Shown piece after piece: positions 9,060-17,295 of a DNA stretch of 22,535 bases (its first letter is position 1; each line of letters starts with the position of its first letter). Source of the DNA: an uncultured archaeon (lineage in GTDB: Archaea > Asgardarchaeota > Lokiarchaeia > Sigyniarchaeales > SOKP01); assembly GCA_964388035.1 (NCBI GenBank), contig CAYLZE010000084.1:1-22535 (forward strand), read 5' to 3'. The notes beneath the pieces were generated by a model, which was given only the letters and a program-made list of their open reading frames with translations, did no database searches and was not told the DNA's origin. The translations under genes and the position numbers were made by a program.

Positions 9060-9501
9060 TCAGAGATTTTTTTTAATTTTGAATTTAATGCTTGATACAG
9101 AGGATTATTCCAAAATTCTTTACCATTCTACTAGATCCTTCTTTTTAATTCCTCTCCATTTTAGATTCGGCAAATTAAAGCAGATTTATTGCATGATAGA
9201 TGGACTTTTTAACTCAAGAGGTTATAATCTCCATCATTTTCTTAAACAATTATAGGTGGAAAGATCAATTTGACAATTTCAGGAGAATATAAACAATTAT
9301 GAAATGCCGATAGTTTTAAAAAATACAAAAATTATTAATGGACAAAATTTCTCGTATTATTTATTGTGGATATTATTAGATTCTGGATTTTTATTAGGCT
9401 TATTAATATCATATTCTCCTAAAAATGGTATTTAGATTTGAAATTTAAAGATATGTAAATTAGACAAATAATTTTTAATACTAAATGATAAAAAAAGGTT
9501 T

Positions 9502-9509
9502 TTTATAAA
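9502..9509 (+). promoter_or_regulatory. Candidate TATA box (TTTATAAA) for the PAS histidine kinase
   Basis: TTTATAAA starts 41 nt upstream of ATG 9543, with an A-rich stretch further upstream. Confidence 0.45.
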
Positions 9510-9542
9510 GAAAGCAGACGATTAATAAATGATGTCTTTAAG

Positions 9543-11804
9543 ATGAATGGAAAAAAGGAAAGTGCTAGCCAAAGAGAAGATTTAGTAAATGATAAGGATT
9601 TTTTTAGGTCCATTTCACAGCAAGTAAAAGATTCCATAATAGTCACTAATACAGAATTTAAGATTATTTATGTAAATAAATCCACAGAAGATTTATTTGG
9701 TTATACAGCAAAAGAATTAATCGGTAAACGTCCAGATATCTTAAATTCAGAGCCTACTGCCAATGAAATTCAAGCACAAATTTATCAATCAGTATTATCT
9801 AATAAAGTCTGGACAGGTATTCATCTAAATAAGAAGAAAGATGGCATGAAATTCTTCTGTGAAATGAAAGTGTCACCTATTGAAAATTTTGAAGGTGAGA
9901 TAATTGCTTTTATAGGTATTAAACGAGACATAACAGAACAAATGAGGTATCAACAAGAATTAAAAGAATCAGAAGGGCGATTAAGAAATTTAGTTAATAA
10001 TATTACCGATATCATCATTGAGAATGATCTCGACGGTACCTTTTTATATATTAGTCCTCAAATTAGTGAGATATTAGGATATACTCCTGAAGAGGTGATT
10101 GGAACCAATGCATTTAGCTATGTTCATCCGGATGATCTAAGCATGCTTCAAGATATAATGAGACGTGCTATTAGATCCAAAGAGCAAATAAATGCAGAGT
10201 ATAGGGCAATACATAAAAATAAGTATTATATTTGGATATCTGCCATTGGAAATGTAATAAATTATGGAGATAAAAGTCGTATTATAGCAATTTTAAGGGA
10301 TATCACTGATCAAAAACGGAAGGAGCAAGAAATAAAGAATTCAGAAGAGAAATTAAAAAATCTAATCAATAACATTACAGACATTATCATTGAATTAGAT
10401 CTTCAGGGAAATTTTTTATTTGTGAGTTCTCAAGTCAATGAAATCTTAGGCTTTTCACCAGAAGAAGTAATTGGTACCAATGGTTTTAAATATATTCATC
10501 CTGAGGATTTAAAAAAAGCATTTGAAGCATTACAAAATGGAATTAGCCAGAAAAAAAGAATATATTTGGAACTTAAAATTCTACATAAGCAAGGCCATTA
10601 TATTTCTGTGTCTGCTACTGGCAATGTAGTTAATTCGAAGGGAAAAGGATGTATTATTGCTGCAATAAGAGATATCACAAAACAGAAACAAATAGAGCGG
10701 GAAGTAAGGGAATCAGAAGATAAATTCAGAACCATTGCGGAGCAATCCTTCATGGGTATTTTAATCATCCAAGAAGATAAAATGGAATATGTAAATAAAG
10801 CTTTATTAGAGATGTTTGAATTTTCTAAAGAAGAAATGGAAGGGTGGACAAAAGACGACCTTGTCAAATTAATTCATCCTGATGACCTGCAATACCTCAG
10901 GGAGTATCGTCAGAAGTTAAGGGAGGGCATCTCGGGTTTAAAGATTTATTATTCCTATAGGGTTTTTACTAAAAGAGGGAAAATGAAATGGATAGATCAA
11001 TTTACCAGAGTAATTTCATATAAATCTAAACCTGCAGAATTTGTTACTATAATGGATATCACGGAAAAAAAGGAAGCAGAACAGGAATTAATGAGATTAA
11101 ATAACTTAAAAAATGAATTATTGCGGAGAACATCGCATGAATTAAAGACCCCGCTCGTTGCAATCAAGGGATTTTCGAATCTTATTTTGGAACTCCATCA
11201 AAAGGATTTGAGTGATGATGTAAAGCAATATATTGAAGAAATTAAGGGAGGATGTACTCGACTCGAAGGTTTAATTCAAGATATCTTGGACACTTCTAAA
11301 TTGCAATCTGGAATGATAAAATTGGAAAAAGTTCAAGGAGATTTAACTATACATATTAAAGAATGGATAAATGAATTAAGAGGATTATTAGAGATGCAAG
11401 GGCACACTCTCCATGTTGATCTCCATTCCCACATTATCATTTATTATGAGGAAGAACAGATACACAAGGTTTTCACGAATCTATTAAGCAATGCAATCAA
11501 ATATACACAACGAGGTGGAGAATTATATATAAAGTCTGAGATTAAAGACGAGTCTTGTATCATATCTATTAAAGATAATGGAATTGGAATCTCAGAAGAA
11601 GAAAAATCGATAATCTTCCAACAATTTGGTAAAATAGAAAGATATGGCAAAGGATTGAACATCATATCTGAGGGAACTGGTCTGGGCCTTTACATCTCCA
11701 AAAAGATTATAGAATTACATGAAGGTGAGATTTGGTTTACCTCCGAAGGAAGGGAAAAAGGGGCAACTTTTTATTTTTCACTTCCCCTACAAAAGAATGC
11801 CTAA
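9543..11804 (+). CDS. Cytoplasmic 4xPAS sensor histidine kinase (PAS4-HisKA-HATPase_c)
   Basis: Four PAS/PAC units ending RDITE, RDITD, RDITK and MDITE. H-box TSHELKTPL, N-box NLLSNAIKY, DNGIG, GTGLGL. No TM segment. Confidence 0.95.
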   Translation: MNGKKESASQREDLVNDKDFFRSISQQVKDSIIVTNTEFKIIYVNKSTEDLFGYTAKELIGKRPDILNSEPTANEIQAQIYQSVLSNKVWTGIHLNKKKDGMKFFCEMKVSPIENFEGEIIAFIGIKRDITEQMRYQQELKESEGRLRNLVNNITDIIIENDLDGTFLYISPQISEILGYTPEEVIGTNAFSYVHPDDLSMLQDIMRRAIRSKEQINAEYRAIHKNKYYIWISAIGNVINYGDKSRIIAILRDITDQKRKEQEIKNSEEKLKNLINNITDIIIELDLQGNFLFVSSQVNEILGFSPEEVIGTNGFKYIHPEDLKKAFEALQNGISQKKRIYLELKILHKQGHYISVSATGNVVNSKGKGCIIAAIRDITKQKQIEREVRESEDKFRTIAEQSFMGILIIQEDKMEYVNKALLEMFEFSKEEMEGWTKDDLVKLIHPDDLQYLREYRQKLREGISGLKIYYSYRVFTKRGKMKWIDQFTRVISYKSKPAEFVTIMDITEKKEAEQELMRLNNLKNELLRRTSHELKTPLVAIKGFSNLILELHQKDLSDDVKQYIEEIKGGCTRLEGLIQDILDTSKLQSGMIKLEKVQGDLTIHIKEWINELRGLLEMQGHTLHVDLHSHIIIYYEEEQIHKVFTNLLSNAIKYTQRGGELYIKSEIKDESCIISIKDNGIGISEEEKSIIFQQFGKIERYGKGLNIISEGTGLGLYISKKIIELHEGEIWFTSEGREKGATFYFSLPLQKNA

Positions 11805-11917
11805 CCAAAAAAAAAGGTTTTTGCTCTTATAAGTCGAAATATTTCTCATTATACCATCATTATGATCCTTAATTGCTAAATAGCAAAAGAATATTAAATT
11901 TAAGCGTGGATAGTATC

Positions 11918-12982
11918 ATGAAAATTATTGCAATTACTAAAGGCGATGGCGTAGGTCCAGAAGTGGTTCAAGAGGGAATAAAGATCCTACAAGTAATTAA
12001 AGAATATACCAATTTTGAATTTGAATTAAGGGAAGCGCCCGCGGGTGGAGCAGTTTGGAAACAACAAGGAATTAGTCTTCCTGAGAAATCTTTTAATACT
12101 ATAAAAAATTCCGATGCGCTCTTGTTTGGGGCAATTGGGCTTCCGGGCTTGCCGTTAGGCGTGGCAGAGATAGCAATCCTAACCATAAGGCAGGAATTAG
12201 ATTTATACGTTAACATGCGTCCTATTAAGCTCTATGAGGCTTTACGAGATCGATGTCCGCTTAAAGACGAATTTATTGGAGAGGGCATCGACATCACATT
12301 TATTCGAGAGAATACAGAAGGGTTATATGTGAATATTGGAGGGATTTTAAAAAATGAAGTAGCACAAAACCTCATGATCTATACCCGAAAAGGTTGTGAA
12401 CGGATCATGAGGTATGCATATGATTTCGCCACGAGAGTCCACCATCCCAAAATAACTTCCGTGGATAAAGCAAATATTTTAAAGACAAGTCTTCTATGGC
12501 GCCAGATCTTTCATGAAATCGGAGAAAATTATCCTAATTTGGAGAAAGAAGATATCTATATTGACTCTTTTTGTCAATGGTTAATACGTGCCCCCCATTC
12601 CTTTCGGACAGTGGTGATTGGAAACATGTTTGGCGATATTGCCAGCGATGAAGCTGCTTTTTTAATAGGGAGTTTGGGCATGGCATCTAGCGGCAATATA
12701 AATCCCGGAGGAGTCTCGATGTATGAACCAATTCATGGTTCAGCACCCGATATTGCGGGGAAAAATATTGCAAATCCTATTGGAACAATCCTAAGTGTTA
12801 AATTAATGATGGAAGAATCTTTTCAGCAACCAAAAATTGGAAGCACTATTGAGAAGGCGGTTGAAGAGGCACTCACAGAGGGAAGAACCGTGGATATTAA
12901 AAATCCCACATTAAAAACCTTGAGTACTAGAGAAATGGGTGACTTGGTAGCAACCCATTTGAAAAAGCTCTTAAAAAAATAA
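11918..12982 (+). CDS. leuB: 3-isopropylmalate dehydrogenase (isocitrate/isopropylmalate dehydrogenase family)
   Basis: GDGVGPEV, LLFGAIG, IRQELDLYVNMRP, RENTEGLY, SVDKANIL, NMFGDIASD, YEPIHGSAPDIAGKNIANP. ATG 11918 is preferred over TTG 11873. Substrate specificity within the family cannot be proven by eye. Confidence 0.82.
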   Translation: MKIIAITKGDGVGPEVVQEGIKILQVIKEYTNFEFELREAPAGGAVWKQQGISLPEKSFNTIKNSDALLFGAIGLPGLPLGVAEIAILTIRQELDLYVNMRPIKLYEALRDRCPLKDEFIGEGIDITFIRENTEGLYVNIGGILKNEVAQNLMIYTRKGCERIMRYAYDFATRVHHPKITSVDKANILKTSLLWRQIFHEIGENYPNLEKEDIYIDSFCQWLIRAPHSFRTVVIGNMFGDIASDEAAFLIGSLGMASSGNINPGGVSMYEPIHGSAPDIAGKNIANPIGTILSVKLMMEESFQQPKIGSTIEKAVEEALTEGRTVDIKNPTLKTLSTREMGDLVATHLKKLLKK

Positions 12983-13014
12983 AAATCTAATATCTAAAAA
13001 CTATGGGAAAAAAC

Positions 13015-13022
13015 TTTATAAA
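13015..13022 (+). promoter_or_regulatory. Candidate BRE/TATA (GGGAAAAAAC-TTTATAAA) for the SCP2 gene
   Basis: Purine-rich BRE-like run followed by TTTATAAA about 115 nt upstream of ATG 13134. SD-like GAGGG near 13118. Confidence 0.5.
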
Positions 13023-13079
13023 TTAATAAAAAGAATAAATAATTACCCATAAATCAAATTTAATTTAAAATAGAACAAG

Positions 13080-13103
13080 AATAGTATAAAAAATAGTATA
13101 AAA
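13080..13103 (+). repeat. 12-bp tandem duplication AATAGTATAAAA x2 in the putative 5' UTR of the SCP2 gene
   Basis: 13080-13091 and 13092-13103 are identical. Confidence 0.7.
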
Positions 13104-13133
13104 AGTAATAATTTAAAGAGGGTTGTATTTAGA

Positions 13134-13559
13134 ATGGTAAGTGAAGAAACGTTAAAAAAATTAAAAGAATTGCAAGAAAAAGGGGCTACTGAGCCTCGAG
13201 ATGCCTTGGTATTATTTAATGCGTATAAAGAAATTGCTCAAGAAGATGAAGATATTAAAGAAGAATTAGAAGATTTGGACATTATTGTGGTGCAAAATGT
13301 CTATACTGACGCTGATTTTAAATATTGGGTGAAGTTAGGAGAGGGCAAGTATGATGTTGGAGAAGGGGTTGCCGATGATGCTACCGTGACCATGAGTGCG
13401 AATACTGCTACATGGAGCGGATTAGGATCAGGAGAAATGGATGCTACGAGCGCTTACATGTCAGGGGATTTAGCAATAGAAGGAAATTTACAAGATGCTA
13501 TCGCTTATGGTGAGATCTTAGAAATGTTTAGAGATTTTCTCGAGGATTTACAAGGTTAA
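13134..13559 (+). CDS. SCP2 sterol/lipid-binding domain protein
   Basis: Acidic 141 aa protein with GEG-x-x-DDATVTMS, W-x-x-L-x-SGEMD-x-x-x-AYMSGDL-x-IEGNL-x-x-A (SCP2 signature). Confidence 0.9.
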   Translation: MVSEETLKKLKELQEKGATEPRDALVLFNAYKEIAQEDEDIKEELEDLDIIVVQNVYTDADFKYWVKLGEGKYDVGEGVADDATVTMSANTATWSGLGSGEMDATSAYMSGDLAIEGNLQDAIAYGEILEMFRDFLEDLQG

Positions 13560-13688
13560 TTATCGAATTCCCCTTAGATTAATTCTCATCTTTCATCTCT
13601 TATTTATAACTAATTTATTTTTTTCTGCTTTTATGAAATTACTTTTAGAGTGAGAATCTAAACATAACGTGTTAGAATTGCGATATTT

Positions 13689-14609
13689 CTAAACGGACAA
13701 GATTTTATTTTGATGATATTGAGAAATGGAATGCAGGTAAAAAAATTCGTTATTTTCAATCACTTTGAGTTGCTTTAATACGGTATAAAGAAGGTGAAGT
13801 CCGTATTTTGTTTCAAATTTTGACATTAAAACAAAGATGAGTTTTTCAAATTCATTTAATCCCATATCATTTATTTCATGATCAGGTAGAACAAGTTGAT
13901 ATTCTTCTAAAAATCTTTTCACATCTTTAATACATACTGTTTTAACATTCTCATCCATGAAGCGAGCGAGTTTCAGCTTGTTGTGAGTAAAAGGAAGCAA
14001 AGTTAGTGAGGGCATTTCTCCAGGAATGAGGGAGCGCTTATTTTTAGAGTAGCGATAATATTCAAACCCTGATCGATATCTTTTTCTTTCTTGATATTGA
14101 GCAAAATACAAGGGATATATAGAAGTAGCAATTCCCTCTTTTAGAGCATTAATATAGTAAACCCGCCCGTAATAAAGTTGATTCAAAATTTTTTCTAACG
14201 AACTAATTTGTCCTCCATGATAAATATAAGGATATCTTGAAAAAGAACTCCCATTAAAAATCCATAAAACGTGAAGATTCTGCTTGGTGTAATCCGAAGT
14301 ACGATCGAGTAATTCACTAGAGCTCATGGGCGAGTGCTGAATTTCTATCACAATTCTTTTTTTGTTTTCTAATTCCAGATAAATATCTGCTCGTCGATTA
14401 TTAAATACCTTTTCTTCAACGATTTTTTTCACGTTATTATCCAAGGGTAAGTTATCCATGAGATATTTTTTTATACGCACGTGTTCAAATGATTCGGATT
14501 TGGAGTTCTGGTCGATTAGGTATTTATTTCCTAAATCTTGAGCGGCATTAGGATGAATCTTTTTTTGATCTTTTTTATTATGGGTGAATTTCTTAATCAT
14601 GAAATGCAT
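13689..14609 (-). CDS. CoiA-like PD-(D/E)XK-fold nuclease domain protein
   Basis: SES-x-x-H-x-x-IK, E, RRADI, IVIEIQHS-x-MS-x-x-EL-x-x-RT-x-x-Y, VLWIF match the CoiA nuclease pattern. The start may be the second Met (MIKK). Confidence 0.8.
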   Translation of the reverse strand: MHFMIKKFTHNKKDQKKIHPNAAQDLGNKYLIDQNSKSESFEHVRIKKYLMDNLPLDNNVKKIVEEKVFNNRRADIYLELENKKRIVIEIQHSPMSSSELLDRTSDYTKQNLHVLWIFNGSSFSRYPYIYHGGQISSLEKILNQLYYGRVYYINALKEGIATSIYPLYFAQYQERKRYRSGFEYYRYSKNKRSLIPGEMPSLTLLPFTHNKLKLARFMDENVKTVCIKDVKRFLEEYQLVLPDHEINDMGLNEFEKLIFVLMSKFETKYGLHLLYTVLKQLKVIENNEFFYLHSISQYHQNKILSV

Positions 14610-14865
14610 GTGAAAAGTTTGTTTCTATTCTTGTTATTTTTTAGAGGAATAACCTTAAATACCCCATTTTTTTTCTTAAATTGTTATTTTCAATCCTTAG
14701 TACGATTGGATTTTTACCGGACAAATCATCTAGAGATCTGTCGAAGGAATTAATGGAGGGAATAGTAATTATATTAAAAAAATAGAATAATATTCATCAA
14801 TTGCATGTGTTTCCGGTAGTTGCACTCCATTATTAACTATATTTGCAAAAAGGTATGATTTACAC

Positions 14866-16416
14866 TTAGGGAAGCATTGAATTAATCGTGCTTAACATTA
14901 TCTTTAATTGATCATAGATTTCCAAGGTATATTCTAATCCTAATTTAAAAAAGAGAACAGAAACCATTTTCTTTTCAAGATATTCACTCACATCTAACCA
15001 TTCTAACAACTTTGACCAGTCAAGTACACCACTAATGCGAATACCTACCAGAATTACCTTGTTTTCTTCAATTTCATCTATGATCTTAATGAGAGTTTCT
15101 TTCCACTGAGGGTTAAATCGGTCTTCTTTCCTTCCATCAAAAATTATCAAGACACCATCCGCATTAGAAACATCAAAATTTGAGGGCAAATAACTCTTTA
15201 TTATTAATCCCTTATTAAATTGATAAATTTTCTCTTCTTTTTTATCTTCGGAGAAAGAACAATTATTAATATTTTCCGTCTCGCATAAAATTTGAAGACC
15301 CGGATTCCAAAACGCAGTCTCTGTAATAAAGATCAACTTGAGAGGTCTTTTCTTTGCAAGAATTTGATCTATTTCTTTAGATAAATCTTTTTGTAATCTA
15401 TTTTCTTCTTCATCTTTTATTTTCTGGATATAATTGAACGCAATTAGACTGAAAGCATCTTCCACGTTCTCTCCACTTAGGGCACTCGTTTCTATGTAAG
15501 AAATTCTCTTATTGGGGAGATTACCAGCTAATTGAACCCCTTCCTGGTAGGTAATAACACGTTGATCTTCCAAATCCATTTTGTTTCCAACAATGATGAT
15601 AGGAATATCAATTTGGGGAATGAAGGCATTTAGTTCCTCAAACCACGACTTAACATTTTCGTAGGACTTTTTATCTGTCAGACTAAACACAATAAAAGCG
15701 GCTTTACTTCCCTTATAATACGTGCGACGGAAGCGTTTAAAATATTCTTGAGCACCTATATCCCAAAGGGAAAATGTGATTTCATTTCCAATTAAATCTA
15801 TAGAATGGGTAGTAATATTAATGCCAATTGTGGCACGATAATCCCGTGAAAACTTTTTCTCAACAAAGCGGCGAATAATTGAAGTTTTGCCTACTTCATG
15901 ATCTCCGATAATAATGAATTTAAACCTATAACGACCACCACGGTTTAAATGTAATTGATAAATTTGATTCTTGATTCGCGCGATGTCTTCAGCTTCATAC
16001 TCAAAATTGGGAACAGCAACTTGGATCATATCGTAATCCCCGGCTTCTAATATTTGCGCGGATTTTTCAGCCAGAAAATAGCCATAAGGGGAAATCTTAT
16101 CAATCGAAGCTAAATTGTCTAAGACAATAGATATAATATTTTTTTCATCAATAGAAATGAATAATAAACGGTATTGATCAGTATCAAAGGTTGCCGAACC
16201 GAACCGTTTGAAAGCGAATTCATTGCGGATCCGCTGTAAAATGGGATTAATGATGCTTGTTAATACAGATACGATTTCCATGTCAATTTCTTTTCTTTTT
16301 TCACCCGCAATCATTAACCCATGTTCATCAGAAACGACGATTCCTACGACCTCTTGTTTTTCACTAAGAAAATTATGGAATAGCGTGGAAAAAATTTGAT
16401 TTCTATCTAGGACCAT
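14866..16416 (-). CDS. Roadblock/LC7 domain + Rab-like small GTPase + C-terminal degenerate G-domain fusion protein
   Basis: N-terminal helix plus GIVVSDEHGLMIA (Roadblock signature). G1 GDHEVGKTS, G2 YRATIG, G3 WDIGAQ, YYKGS, G4 GNKMD, G5 ETSAL. The C-terminal ~160 aa contain LKLIFIT / ADGVLIIFD / VILVG strands. Confidence 0.9.
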   Translation of the reverse strand: MVLDRNQIFSTLFHNFLSEKQEVVGIVVSDEHGLMIAGEKRKEIDMEIVSVLTSIINPILQRIRNEFAFKRFGSATFDTDQYRLLFISIDEKNIISIVLDNLASIDKISPYGYFLAEKSAQILEAGDYDMIQVAVPNFEYEAEDIARIKNQIYQLHLNRGGRYRFKFIIIGDHEVGKTSIIRRFVEKKFSRDYRATIGINITTHSIDLIGNEITFSLWDIGAQEYFKRFRRTYYKGSKAAFIVFSLTDKKSYENVKSWFEELNAFIPQIDIPIIIVGNKMDLEDQRVITYQEGVQLAGNLPNKRISYIETSALSGENVEDAFSLIAFNYIQKIKDEEENRLQKDLSKEIDQILAKKRPLKLIFITETAFWNPGLQILCETENINNCSFSEDKKEEKIYQFNKGLIIKSYLPSNFDVSNADGVLIIFDGRKEDRFNPQWKETLIKIIDEIEENKVILVGIRISGVLDWSKLLEWLDVSEYLEKKMVSVLFFKLGLEYTLEIYDQLKIMLSTINSMLP

Positions 16417-16641
16417 GGGTAAACCTCATCATAAGAAAATAAAAAACAAAATCTTTAAGATATTACAATTACAATTTATTAAAAAAACTTTAATGTATTA
16501 AAATTAAGCCAAAGAATTTCTTCAATTAAAAAGGAACATGATTCTTGTTAAAAATAATAAAACTCCCTCGTTATCTGAAGGCAAATTCTTAAAAATAAGT
16601 ATTTTCATTATTATTTTAATTTTTGGTATTGAATTAGAATA

Positions 16642-16648
16642 TTTATAA
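16642..16648 (+). promoter_or_regulatory. Candidate TATA box (TTTATAA) of a probably leaderless RING-TPR transcript
   Basis: TTTATAA starts 27 nt upstream of ATG 16669, and there is no SD sequence. Confidence 0.45.
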
Positions 16649-16668
16649 TTATCATCTAATATTAACAA

Positions 16669-17244
16669 ATGCCTACTTGCATTATATGCCACTTGGATAT
16701 GAGTTCTACACCTAATGGAATTGTGGTATGTCCTAATGGGCATGCTGCACACGAGAATTGTTTTAAAGAATGGTTCTTACATTCTAAAAATTGTCCCTTA
16801 TGTCATGAGCCTTATGGTTCAGAAGTTCTGAGGAAATATGAATTGTTTATCAGACAAAAGGAAAAGGAAATCCAAGAAGAAGAAAATAAAATCATTCATC
16901 AAAAGAAGATAAAGAAAATTGAAGTGATCACCGATAGAATTCGATTTCTAAAATTTGTCGAAGCAATAGATTTCATGATCGAGAAAAAGCAATATTCTAG
17001 TGCTATAGCAATGCTCAACAGCTATAAAGAAGAACTTTTAACTTCTCAGCAAAAGCAGATGTTACTTTTTTTACGAGGGAAATTAAATTATTTAAGACAG
17101 AAATATGACCTAGCAATTGGCACGCTATTCAAGCTAGTAAAAGAAAAGTTCGATTATCCCGAAGCATTTTTATATTTAGGCAAAGCATATAAAGCCATTG
17201 GATTAAATGACAAAGCAAAATGGGCTTTTGAACGAGCAAAATGA
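16669..17244 (+). CDS. RING-H2 finger + coiled-coil + TPR protein (putative E3 ubiquitin ligase)
   Basis: C4,C7,C21,H25,H28,C31,C42,C45 give C3H2C3 spacing, with the conserved W (KEW) and CPLC. A charged helix ([13 protein letters not shown]) follows, then TPR motifs ([15 protein letters not shown]; [26 protein letters not shown]). Confidence 0.88.
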   Translation: MPTCIICHLDMSSTPNGIVVCPNGHAAHENCFKEWFLHSKNCPLCHEPYGSEVLRKYELFIRQKEKEIQEEENKIIHQKKIKKIEVITDRIRFLKFVEAIDFMIEKKQYSSAIAMLNSYKEELLTSQQKQMLLFLRGKLNYLRQKYDLAIGTLFKLVKEKFDYPEAFLYLGKAYKAIGLNDKAKWAFERAK

Positions 17245-17295
17245 GGGCGTGATAAGTTAAATAAGTTTTTTTTGATCTCCTTCTCTTTTTTATAT

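Noticed and set aside
9025-9065. tRNA gene
   Set aside because: Only a T-arm-like hairpin is present; no acceptor, D or anticodon arms could be built on either strand.
14538-14753. 71-aa + strand ORF overlapping the coiA-like start, and 16522..16752 (-) overlapping the RING gene
   Set aside because: Both overlap better-supported genes, derive from low-complexity AT-rich intergenic sequence, and show no motifs.
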